Source: Vicinamibacteria bacterium
Lineage (GTDB): Bacteria > Acidobacteriota > Vicinamibacteria > Fen-336 > JAGNNV01
Direction: 5' to 3'
NCBI GenBank assembly: GCA_031412915.1
Contig: JANODX010000096.1
Location: 11,012 to 75,011 of the forward strand
Length of the DNA stretch: 64,000 bases
How positions within the stretch are numbered: position 1 is the first letter of the stretch; each line of letters opens with the position of its first letter. The position numbers were made by a program, and so were the translations under genes. The notes beneath the pieces are model-generated. The model was not told the origin of the DNA and did no database searches. It saw only the letters and a program-made list of their open reading frames with translations. This document shows positions 8,571 to 17,556 of this stretch, in pieces.

Positions 8571-11500
8571 CTACCAGGAGATCTTCCCGCTCACCGTGAT
8601 GATGCGCCGGCCCCAGCCGTTGGCGGCCGTGCCGCCAGGGTTCTGGCCGAAGCTGGCGCTGGACAGGTTCGTCATGGCGGTGCTCAGGTTCGTGCTTGCT
8701 CCGTAGTTGTCCTGGTTGAGTGCGTTGAAGGCGTCCGCCCGCAGGATGAGCTGCCGGTTCCCGAACACGTAGAACCGCTTGAGGAGGCTGAGGTCGGTAC
8801 TCCAGAAGCTCGCCATTCGCTCGTTGTTGCGGGGCGCGCTGCCGTTGCCCAAGGCGTTTGCCAGGGGCAGGTTGTTGGTGCCGAGAGGCGCGCTGTAGCA
8901 GCCGTTGTTGGTGAAGTTCTTATGGTCATCGTCCCAGGTCACGCCGCAGGAACCGTTGATGTTCGGCCGGTCGGAGCCGGTGGTGCCGTCGCCGTTCGAA
9001 TCGACTCCGGTGCCGATGGTGAAGGGGCGGCCCGACTGGAAGGCGGTGATGCCCGAAAGCTGCCAGTTGCCCAGAATCTGCTTCATGATCCCTGACTTCG
9101 GCCCGGGGATTTCGTAGAGGTAGGAAACCACGAAGCGGTTGGGCACATCGAACTGCGAGACTGACCACTCCGCCCCGTAATCGAACATGCTCTGCGGACG
9201 CTGGTTCGAGCCGTCGGTCCCGGTCTCGCCGAGCGAGCCGTCGTTGTTGCTTTTGAACCGGCTGTAGGTGTACGAGGTGCCGAACTGCAGACCATTCGAC
9301 ATCCGTTTTTCCGCCCTGACATAGATACCGTGGTACTTGGAGGTCGCCTCGACATCGTTGCCGTTGCCGCCGGGGCCGGTGTAAGCCGGGATGAGAGTGC
9401 GCACGCCCCAGGCGGCGTTGACCCTTCGAGCCTGGACGCTGGGGATGGCCGCCGAATTCCTGGTCGAAGCCACCAGGGCCGCCTGCGCCGCGGTCAGAAC
9501 CGAGGGGTTGGCGTGGATCTGGTTGATGCCGTGGCCCGACTGGCTGCCCGTGTAGCCGGTCTCAAAGACGAACTTGCCCACCTCTCGCGCGACCGCGAAG
9601 CTCCAGTACCTGGAGTCGGGGTTGACCGTGTTCGCGTCCGAGTTGGTCCAGGCGTTGAGCGGATTGAAGACCACGGGGCCGCCCGAAGTCAGCAGGTTGG
9701 GGTAGAGATCGTTGACGTTGTTGACGTTGGCGGTGTTGACGCGCGGGTAGTTCGAACCGTTTACGGTGAGCAGGTTGTAGAACAAAACGTCGTAGCCCAT
9801 GCCGAAGCCGCCGCGGAACACCGTCTTGCCATCGCCCACCAGGCTGTTGCTGGAACGGGGCGACCAGTTGAAACCAACGCGCGGGGCAAAGTTATTGGTG
9901 TCCTTGGCCGGCGGAGGTGCTACACCCGCGGCGAGGCTTTCGGGGTCGGTGGCGCCGAACATTCCGAGAGGCACGTCCGACAGTTCGTAGCGCAGGCCCA
10001 GGTTCAAGGTCAGGTCGGGGGTGACCCGGAAGTTGTCCTGGACGTAGAACGCGGTTTGCCACTGCGTCGCGTTCCAGCTCGCGGTCTGCAGAGCTTGCTG
10101 AGCAAGGAACGCCGAGTTGTTCATGTAGTCCTGCAGGCTGTTGAACGTGAAGTTGCCCTTGGAGTTGAAGTCGGACTGATTGTCGGCATTGTTGTAACGG
10201 ATGTCGGCCCCGAACTTCAGGGTGTGGCGGCCCGTCGTCCAGGTCGCGGTGTCGGAGAACTGAAAGGCGTCGGTCAGGCGGCTCTGCGGGAAGTTCGAGG
10301 ACCCTCCGATGGTGAACAGGCCGCTGATCAACGCGGTCGGGCTCTTGGGGTCGTTCTCCGGGAACAGCAGGTCGCGCTGAACCCACGAGAAGCGGAATTC
10401 GTTCACGACACTCGAGCCGAAGATTCTGGTGTGGCTGGCCGCGAGGTTGGTGTCCTTCAGGTCCTGGTTACCGCAGAAGGTGGCGCCGAAGGCGCAGTTG
10501 CTGATCGCGTTCTCGTCCTGGCGCTTGTTGTAGTAGTAGCGGACGGTGATGCTGTCGTTTTGGCCGAGCCGATGGTCGAGGCGCCCGTTGAACGTTTGGT
10601 ACGTGCTCGGATTGATGATGTTGACGTTGGTCTGCCCGGTCTCGATCGGCACGCCGTTCACGAGCACGTTCGACACGTTCCGGAAGTTCGGGTTCTGCGA
10701 ATAGACGTCGCGCAGGAAGCCCAGGCGGTCAAGGACGGCGGAACGGCTCGCCGTGGACTGGCCGGCGCGCAGGGGAACGCCCGAGAGGGCGGCGAAGCCC
10801 GCCTGGGTCGGGATGCGGGTGGTGGAGCCCGGGTTCGCGGCAGGGTTGTCACCGTCGTACTGGTAGAGCAGGAAGAAGTGGGTCTTGTCCTTGATGATCG
10901 GGCCGCCGACGCTGAGGCCGGCCTGGTGGCGCGTGTAGTCGGCGGGTTTGGTCAGTCCGCTCGCCTTCTCGATGTTGGTGAGGGTGCCAAGCGAGCTGTC
11001 CCGGTAGTAGTCCCAGACCTCGCCCCGGAGCGTGTTCGAGCCGGACTTGGTGATGACGTTGACCTGCGCGCCGCTGTTGCGACCGTATTCGACACTGTAG
11101 GCGTTGGTCTGCACCACGAACTCGGCCACCGACTCCGGCACCACCTGGGTGGTCGCGATGGTGACGCTGATGTCGTTGTTGTCGGAGCCATCGATCATGT
11201 AGTTGTTGTTGCGCGAGCGCTGCCCGTTGGCGGCGAAGGTGCCCTGGCCGGTGACCCGGTTGACGTTCGGCCCCGTGGCCATCAGGTTGTTGATGTTCCG
11301 GTCGGCCGACAGGGGCAACTCGACGACCTGGCGAGAAGTGCTGGTGGTGCCGACGGTCGGGGAGGTCTTGTTGAGTTCGACGTCCGTGGCCTTGCCCTCG
11401 ACCATCACGGTTTCGCCCATGGTCGCGACCTTGAGGTCCACATTGACCTTCACCTCCAGGTCGGCGCTGATCTTCAGGGTGGTCGAGAACGGTGTAAAGC

Positions 11501-11765
11501 CGGAGAGTTCGGCCCGGACGCGGTAGAGGCCGGGCTCGAGAGCGGGCAGCCGGTAGAAACCGATCGCGTCGCTGACGCCCGAACGGGTCGCCCCCGTCTC
11601 GGTGTTGGTGACGGTTACGGTGGCGCCGGGAATGGACGCGCCGGACTGGTCGCGGATCGTGCCCGAAATGACGCCGCGGGTCAGCTGGGCGCTGGCCATC
11701 GCGGCCATGGCGGTGATGGTTAAGGCGGTCGCGATTCGCGACAGAAGTCTTGCCGTGGGTTTCAT
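8571..11765 (-). CDS. Outer-membrane TonB-dependent-receptor-like protein with an N-terminal carboxypeptidase-regulatory-like domain
   Basis: Start chosen at MKPTARLLSRIATALTITAMAAMASAQ (signal peptide); the ORF-track start at 11897 adds 44 Arg/Gly-rich residues. GTIRDQSGASIPGATVTVTNTETG...IGFYRL domain, then a very long beta-barrel region ending ...SGKISW. Confidence 0.85.
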   Translation of the reverse strand: MKPTARLLSRIATALTITAMAAMASAQLTRGVISGTIRDQSGASIPGATVTVTNTETGATRSGVSDAIGFYRLPALEPGLYRVRAELSGFTPFSTTLKISADLEVKVNVDLKVATMGETVMVEGKATDVELNKTSPTVGTTSTSRQVVELPLSADRNINNLMATGPNVNRVTGQGTFAANGQRSRNNNYMIDGSDNNDISVTIATTQVVPESVAEFVVQTNAYSVEYGRNSGAQVNVITKSGSNTLRGEVWDYYRDSSLGTLTNIEKASGLTKPADYTRHQAGLSVGGPIIKDKTHFFLLYQYDGDNPAANPGSTTRIPTQAGFAALSGVPLRAGQSTASRSAVLDRLGFLRDVYSQNPNFRNVSNVLVNGVPIETGQTNVNIINPSTYQTFNGRLDHRLGQNDSITVRYYYNKRQDENAISNCAFGATFCGNQDLKDTNLAASHTRIFGSSVVNEFRFSWVQRDLLFPENDPKSPTALISGLFTIGGSSNFPQSRLTDAFQFSDTATWTTGRHTLKFGADIRYNNADNQSDFNSKGNFTFNSLQDYMNNSAFLAQQALQTASWNATQWQTAFYVQDNFRVTPDLTLNLGLRYELSDVPLGMFGATDPESLAAGVAPPPAKDTNNFAPRVGFNWSPRSSNSLVGDGKTVFRGGFGMGYDVLFYNLLTVNGSNYPRVNTANVNNVNDLYPNLLTSGGPVVFNPLNAWTNSDANTVNPDSRYWSFAVAREVGKFVFETGYTGSQSGHGINQIHANPSVLTAAQAALVASTRNSAAIPSVQARRVNAAWGVRTLIPAYTGPGGNGNDVEATSKYHGIYVRAEKRMSNGLQFGTSYTYSRFKSNNDGSLGETGTDGSNQRPQSMFDYGAEWSVSQFDVPNRFVVSYLYEIPGPKSGIMKQILGNWQLSGITAFQSGRPFTIGTGVDSNGDGTTGSDRPNINGSCGVTWDDDHKNFTNNGCYSAPLGTNNLPLANALGNGSAPRNNERMASFWSTDLSLLKRFYVFGNRQLILRADAFNALNQDNYGASTNLSTAMTNLSSASFGQNPGGTAANGWGRRIITVSGKISW

Positions 11766-11939
11766 CTGATTCTCCTGATTCAACAATCGAAATTGCCAAA
11801 CACTGTGGCGGGCGGGGCGGCGTCCCGTGGCCACCCCAAAAGACAGTACAGGACCAGGACCAGATCCACCATGAGCGAAATGCATCATGCTGACCAATCG
11901 ACATAAGGGCGTTTCGGGTCCACGACCCGCGAGGTGGAC

Positions 11940-13493
11940 TCAGTCTCCGGGGATCACCGCGGCGGCGGCCCTGGCCTGCTGCGCCTTGCTGTGACGGCGG
12001 CTGTAGGCGACATAGACGACGAGTCCCCCCCCCATCCAGAGGAGGAGGCGCACCCAGGTATCGCCGGGCAAGCCGGACATCAGATACGAGCACGCCGCCA
12101 CCCCGAGCAGCGGCACCACCGGCGACCACGGCGTGCGGAACGGGCGCGCCAGGTCCGGCCGCGTCTTCCGCAGAATGATTACACCGGCGCACACAATGAC
12201 GAACGTGAGCAGGGTGCCCATGCTCACGAGCTCGCCCAGCACCGCGATAGGCGTCGTTCCGGCGATCACGGCCATGACGACGCCCGTGACCATAGTGGTG
12301 AGGTGCGGCGTGCGGAAGCGGGGATGGATGCGCGCCACCCAGGGGGGCAGCAGTCCGTCGTTCGCCATGGTGTAGAAGATCCGCGATTGCGCGAGCATGC
12401 CCACCAGTACCACCGAGCTGAGACCGCAGATCGCACCCAGTTTGATGAGAGGGGAAAGCCAGGTGATCCCGGTGGCGTCCACCCCGACCGCGATGGGATC
12501 GGGCACGTTCAACTCGGTGTAGGGCACGAGGCCGGTCAGGACGATCGCGACGAGGATGTACAGCACGGTGCAGCCGATAAGCGAGCCCAGAATCCCGATG
12601 GGAAGGTCCCGCTGCGGGTTCTTCGCTTCCTGGGCGGCCGCGGTCACCGAGTCGAAGCCCATATACGCAAAGAAGACGACCGCGGCGCCCCGGAGGATGC
12701 CCGAGTAACCGAAGTGGCCGGACTCGCCGGTGTTCGCCGGAATGAACGGCGTCCAGTTCTCCGGCCGAACGAAGGCGAAGCCGACGCCGATGAAGACCAC
12801 GATCACCGACACCTTGATGACCACGATGGCGGCGTTGACGTGGGCAGACTCCTGAATGCCGACCACGAGGACGGCCGCCATGACCAGGACAATGACCACG
12901 GCCAGAAGGTTGACGATCCCGGTCTCGTGGGCCAGGCTCGAGGGATCGATGCCTTGCGCGGCCAGCCGGTCTGCGACATTGGACAGAACCTCCCAATGGC
13001 GCGGCGAGGTTTCGACCAGGACGGTGCCGGGCGGCGCGGTCCACGCCGGGGGCACGGTCACCCCGAAGTCACGGAGCAGACTCGCGACGTACCCGGACCA
13101 GCCCACCGCGACCGCGGCGGGGCCGACCGTGAATTCGAGGGTGAGAGCACAGCCGATGATCCAAGCGGCCAGTTCGCCGAGCGTCGCATAGGCGTAGGTG
13201 TAGGCCGAGCCCGACACGGGCAGCATGGCCGCGAATTCGGAATAGCACAGGGCCGCGAAACTGCAGGCCACCGCGGCGAGGACGAAAGACAGCACGATCG
13301 CGGGCCCGGCATACTGCGCGGCGGCCAATCCCGCCAGCACGAAGATGCCGGCGCCAATGATGTCGCCGATCCCGAGCATGACGAGCTGCGAAGGGCCGAG
13401 GACACGCTTCAGCGAATGCCCGCCCGACGACGAGGCTTCCTGGGTCAGCTGTTCGATCGATTTGGTTGTTGTCAGGGACGTCAGCCAGCCCAT
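11940..13493 (-). CDS. Amino-acid permease (APC superfamily)
   Basis: About 12 predicted TM segments. N-terminal LKRVLGPSQLVMLGIGDIIGAGIFVLAG is the APC consensus region. Start chosen at MGWLTS (Met 24 of the ORF-track frame). Confidence 0.85.
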   Translation of the reverse strand: MGWLTSLTTTKSIEQLTQEASSSGGHSLKRVLGPSQLVMLGIGDIIGAGIFVLAGLAAAQYAGPAIVLSFVLAAVACSFAALCYSEFAAMLPVSGSAYTYAYATLGELAAWIIGCALTLEFTVGPAAVAVGWSGYVASLLRDFGVTVPPAWTAPPGTVLVETSPRHWEVLSNVADRLAAQGIDPSSLAHETGIVNLLAVVIVLVMAAVLVVGIQESAHVNAAIVVIKVSVIVVFIGVGFAFVRPENWTPFIPANTGESGHFGYSGILRGAAVVFFAYMGFDSVTAAAQEAKNPQRDLPIGILGSLIGCTVLYILVAIVLTGLVPYTELNVPDPIAVGVDATGITWLSPLIKLGAICGLSSVVLVGMLAQSRIFYTMANDGLLPPWVARIHPRFRTPHLTTMVTGVVMAVIAGTTPIAVLGELVSMGTLLTFVIVCAGVIILRKTRPDLARPFRTPWSPVVPLLGVAACSYLMSGLPGDTWVRLLLWMGGGLVVYVAYSRRHSKAQQARAAAAVIPGD

Positions 13494-13576
13494 TGATACC
13501 CTCTCCAAAACCGCGCGACGGTCGGATGTGCCGCCTACGCTAACACCGGTCGGGAAGGCCATACTGATAATCTGGC

Positions 13577-14830
13577 TTGTTTATGACCGCGCACCGGACG
13601 CCGCCCCTCGACCTGGCCTTCGTTCGATCCCAGTTCCCCGCCCTCGCGGGCGACTGGGTGTTCCTCGACAACGCCGGCGGGTCGCAGATCCTCGGACGCG
13701 TGGTCGATCGCATCAGCGACTACCTGAAGACGAGCAACGTTCAGCTCGGCGCGAGCTACGCCATCTCGCAGCGCGCGGGCGAGCGTCTGCAGGAGGCCCA
13801 GCGCCGCACCGCCGAGTTCGTCAATGCCCTTCGCCCGGAAGAAGTGGTGATGGGCCCGACCTCGACCCTGCTCGTGCAGTTGCTGGCCCGGGCCATGGCG
13901 CACCAGTTCACGCCGGGGGACGAAGTGGTGGTCACCCGCGCGGATCACGAGTCGAACATCGGGGCCTGGGTGCGCCTCGAATCGATCGGGGTGATTCCGC
14001 GCTTCTGGGAGCTGAACCCCGAAACCCAGACCCTGGACCTCGACGACCTCGGCCGGGTCATGTCCAAGCGGACGAAACTCGTGGCCTTCACACATGCATC
14101 GAACATCTTCGGCACCATCCACCCGGTGGCCGAGATCACGCGGTTCGTCCATGAACGCGGCGCGAAGGTGTGTGTCGACGGTGTGGCCTACGCCCCCCAC
14201 CGCGCGGTCGACGTGCGCGCGTGGGACGTCGACTACTACGTGCTCAGCCTCTACAAGGTCTACGGTCCGCATCACGCGCTGCTCTACGGCAAGTACGCGC
14301 ACCTCCTCGAACTCGAAAATCTCTATCACTACTTCATCGCGAACGATCGCATTCCCTACAAGCTGCAGCCCGGCAATCCCAACTACGAGCTGTCGTACGG
14401 GGCGATCGGCATCGCGGACTACCTGGCCGAGCTCGGAGTGAGAACGGGGGCGAAGGCCGACGCCTCGCCGCGCGCGCAGATGGAACAGGCGTTTGCCGCG
14501 ATCGCGGACCATGAGGAAGTCCTCGCGGATCGATTATTGAACTATCTATCCACCAAGCCCAAGGTTCGCGTGATCGGGGCCACCACCGCGGCCAAGGCGG
14601 TTCGCGTGCCAACCATCAGCTTCGTGGTCGACGGTCTCGACTCGGAGACGATCGTCCGGCACATCGACACCCTGCAGATCGGCATCCGCTTCGGTGATTT
14701 CCACTCGAGGCGGCTCATCGAACATCTCGATCTGTCTCGCCACCACGGCGCGGTGCGGGTGTCGATGGTGCACTACAACACGGTCGAGGAGATCGATCGA
14801 CTGATCCAGGGCCTGGACGAGGTGATGTGA
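13577..14830 (+). CDS. Aminotransferase class-V fold PLP-dependent enzyme (cysteine-desulfurase/SufS-like family)
   Basis: DNAGGSQ near the N-terminus; putative PLP-lysine segment SLYKVYGPHHALL (S-x-Y/H-K-x-x-G-P pattern); C-terminal VRVSMVHYNTVEEIDRL typical of the family. The first codon is probably TTG; an ATG lies 2 codons downstream. Confidence 0.8.
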   Translation: MFMTAHRTPPLDLAFVRSQFPALAGDWVFLDNAGGSQILGRVVDRISDYLKTSNVQLGASYAISQRAGERLQEAQRRTAEFVNALRPEEVVMGPTSTLLVQLLARAMAHQFTPGDEVVVTRADHESNIGAWVRLESIGVIPRFWELNPETQTLDLDDLGRVMSKRTKLVAFTHASNIFGTIHPVAEITRFVHERGAKVCVDGVAYAPHRAVDVRAWDVDYYVLSLYKVYGPHHALLYGKYAHLLELENLYHYFIANDRIPYKLQPGNPNYELSYGAIGIADYLAELGVRTGAKADASPRAQMEQAFAAIADHEEVLADRLLNYLSTKPKVRVIGATTAAKAVRVPTISFVVDGLDSETIVRHIDTLQIGIRFGDFHSRRLIEHLDLSRHHGAVRVSMVHYNTVEEIDRLIQGLDEVM

Positions 14831-14923
14831 TCCACGCGTAGCTTTCCCAGGGGACCCTCTCGGCCGCCGGGTAAGATCAGCGGCTCACCCGCCCTTATCG
14901 CCATTGCCCGCAAAGGAAACCGC

Positions 14924-16414
14924 ATGAAAACCGGCCCGGCTCGACGTCCCCTCCTCTTCGCCTCCCTCGCCCTCGCGTGGGCCGGACTCGCCGCACTCCC
15001 GGCGCTCCCGGCCGCCGCGCAGGAGACGGCCAAGCCTCTTTGGTCGGGTCGCTTCGACGTGGAGCCCAACAAAGCGCTTCTCGCCTGGGGCGCGTCGTTC
15101 GGATTCGACCGGCGGCTCTTCGAAGACGACGTCGCCGGCAGCATGGCCTGGGCCGAAGCACTCGGCCGGGCCAACGTGCTGACCCCACAAGAAGCGCAGG
15201 CCATTCAACGCGGTCTCTCCGCCATCCTCGAACAGGGCCGCGCCGATCCGTCGTTTCTCAAAGGCGCCGACGAAGACGTCCATTCGTTTGTCGAGCGCGT
15301 CCTGATCGAGCGCATCGGCGAGCCGGGCCGACGGCTCCACACCGGTCGCTCGCGCAACGACCAGGTGGGCGTCGACATGCGGCTCTACGTACGAAGGCGC
15401 GTCCCCGATATCCAGCGGTCCCTCCTCGCCGTGATCGACGCACTCGTGGCCCAGGCCGTCTCGGCCGGGGACGCCGTCATGCCCTCCTACACCCACGTGC
15501 GCCGCGCGCAGCCCGTGCTCGTGGCGCACTATCTGCTGGCCCATGGAGCCGCCCTGCGCCGTGACGTGGACCGCTTCGCCGCAGTAAGCGCCGAAGCCGA
15601 CGGCATGCCGCTGGGTGCCGGCGCCATCGCCGGAACCAACTACGCCGTGGATACCGCGTTCCTCGCCGCGAAGCTCGGCTTTTCGAAGGTGGTGGCCAAC
15701 AGCATCGACGCCACCTCCGACCGGGACTACGTGAGCAGCTTCCTCCATGCCTCGTCGCTCGCCATGGTGCACCTGAGCCGCCTGGCCGAGGACGTGGTGT
15801 TCTTCACCGGCGAAGAGTTCGGCTTCTTCGTGCTCTCCGATGCGGTGGCCACGGGCAGCAGCCTGATGCCGCAGAAGAAGAACCCCGACCCGATGGAGCT
15901 GGTGCGTGGCAAGGCCGGGCGCGCCATCGGTAACCTTGCGGGCTGGCTCTCCACGATGAAGGGCTTGCCGAGCGGGTACAACAAGGACCTGCAGGAAGAC
16001 AAGGAAGTGCTGTTCGACAGCGAAGACACTCTCATGGGCTCAGCGGGTGCTGCCTCCGCGGTGGTGAGGACGCTCACCCTGGATCGCGCGCGCACAACCA
16101 GAGGCGCGTCCGGGTTTCTTCTCTCCACCGACGTGGCCGACTACCTGGTGAGCAAGGGTGTCGCCTTCCGCACCGCTCACGAGGTGGTGGGCGGCATGGT
16201 CCGCAAGATGCTGGCCGAGAGCAGGGAGTTCGAAGCCCTCACCCCCGCGGAGTGGAAGGCCTACCACCCGGCGTTTGGAGAAGACGTGATGAAAGCGGTC
16301 ACGGCGCAGTCCTCCGTGCGCGCCAAGAAGACGCCGCAGTCGACCAACCCCGATGCGGTGAAGGCGCAGCTCGCCGAAATTCAGCAGTGGCTGGTCAGCC
16401 AGAAGGCGAAATGA
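14924..16414 (+). CDS. argH: Argininosuccinate lyase with a 36-aa N-terminal extension that looks like a Sec signal peptide
   Basis: ArgH hallmarks LWSGRF, TGRSRNDQV and GSSLMPQKKNPD are present at full length. Upstream of LWSGRF the only in-frame start is the ATG at 14924, giving MKTGPARRPLLFASLALAWAGLAALPALPAAAQE (basic n-region, 22-aa hydrophobic core, AxA-like site). Confidence 0.85.
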   Translation: MKTGPARRPLLFASLALAWAGLAALPALPAAAQETAKPLWSGRFDVEPNKALLAWGASFGFDRRLFEDDVAGSMAWAEALGRANVLTPQEAQAIQRGLSAILEQGRADPSFLKGADEDVHSFVERVLIERIGEPGRRLHTGRSRNDQVGVDMRLYVRRRVPDIQRSLLAVIDALVAQAVSAGDAVMPSYTHVRRAQPVLVAHYLLAHGAALRRDVDRFAAVSAEADGMPLGAGAIAGTNYAVDTAFLAAKLGFSKVVANSIDATSDRDYVSSFLHASSLAMVHLSRLAEDVVFFTGEEFGFFVLSDAVATGSSLMPQKKNPDPMELVRGKAGRAIGNLAGWLSTMKGLPSGYNKDLQEDKEVLFDSEDTLMGSAGAASAVVRTLTLDRARTTRGASGFLLSTDVADYLVSKGVAFRTAHEVVGGMVRKMLAESREFEALTPAEWKAYHPAFGEDVMKAVTAQSSVRAKKTPQSTNPDAVKAQLAEIQQWLVSQKAK

Positions 16415-16443
16415 CCCGCGGGCGAAGGAGGGCTGACCTCTCT

Positions 16444-17523
16444 ATGATGAAGCCCATGTCCAATCGCTTCTATCTCCTTTCCGCCCTCGTCCTCGCGGGC
16501 CTCTCCACCCCGTTTGCCCTGCCCGGCGCAGCCCAGGGGACCAGGCCCCCGGGATCCGACTTCACCGGCCCCGCCTTCACCATCAACAAGATTCAGGATG
16601 GCATCTATCACGCCGTGGGCACGGGCGCCTTGTCGGTCGGGTGCAACGCCTCGGTCATCGTGAACGAGAACGATGTCCTGATCGTGGACTCGAACAGCAA
16701 TCCCGCGGCGGCCCTCGCGCTGACCGAGGAACTGAAGGCCGTCACGACCAAGCCCGTGGGCTATGTGGTGAACACGCACTGGCACTGGGACCACGCGCAC
16801 GGCAACCAGGTCTACGCGCCCCCGGCGCAGGTGATCGGCCACGAGTTCACGCGGCGGATGCTTCTTATGGGCGAGTCGAAGCGCGGACGATCGTGGGATA
16901 TGTTCGTGGGTACGCTGCCCAGGCAGATCGAGACGCTGCGGCAACAGGTGACCACAACCGCCGAGGGCCCGGACCGCGACAAACTGAAGGCGCAACTCAT
17001 AGCCCAGGAGAATTACCTGAAGGCCACGAACGCCATCACGGTGACGCCGCCCGCCGTGACCTTCTCGGAGTCGATGACGCTGTTCCTAGGGGGCCGCGAG
17101 ATTCGCCTGCTCTTTCTCGGCCGCGGCCACACCGGCGGCGACATCGTCGTCTTCCTGCCGAAGGAACGCGTGCTCGTGAGCGGCGACCTCCTGACCGCCG
17201 GACCCGCCTACCTGGGCGATGGCTACCCCGAGGAGTGGATCGCCACCCTCGACCGGTTGAAGAACATCGAGTTCGACACGGTCCTGCCCGGCCACGGCGC
17301 GGCCTTTCAAGGCAAGGCGAAGATCGACCACTTTCAGTCGTACCTCCGCGATTTCTGGAGCCAGGCCCAGAAGCTCCACGCCGCGGGGGTGAAGCCCGAG
17401 GAAGCGGCCAGGCTGGTCGACATGCGATCGCATGCGGCGGACTATCCGACCCTGACCACGGTGGGTGTCCTCGACCACGGTCTCTACCGCGCCTACGATC
17501 TGCTGGATGGGAAAGTGCGATAG
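16444..17523 (+). CDS. Secreted MBL-fold metallo-hydrolase
   Basis: Start at ATGATG (MMKPMSNRFYLLSALVLAGLSTPFALPGAAQ, signal peptide) preceded by gaaggagg. THWHWDHAHGN = HxHxDH zinc-binding motif; downstream VLPGHG. Confidence 0.8.
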   Translation: MMKPMSNRFYLLSALVLAGLSTPFALPGAAQGTRPPGSDFTGPAFTINKIQDGIYHAVGTGALSVGCNASVIVNENDVLIVDSNSNPAAALALTEELKAVTTKPVGYVVNTHWHWDHAHGNQVYAPPAQVIGHEFTRRMLLMGESKRGRSWDMFVGTLPRQIETLRQQVTTTAEGPDRDKLKAQLIAQENYLKATNAITVTPPAVTFSESMTLFLGGREIRLLFLGRGHTGGDIVVFLPKERVLVSGDLLTAGPAYLGDGYPEEWIATLDRLKNIEFDTVLPGHGAAFQGKAKIDHFQSYLRDFWSQAQKLHAAGVKPEEAARLVDMRSHAADYPTLTTVGVLDHGLYRAYDLLDGKVR

Positions 17524-17556
17524 GCCGTTTCTCCGAGGCGTGGGCGCCGATTGAAC

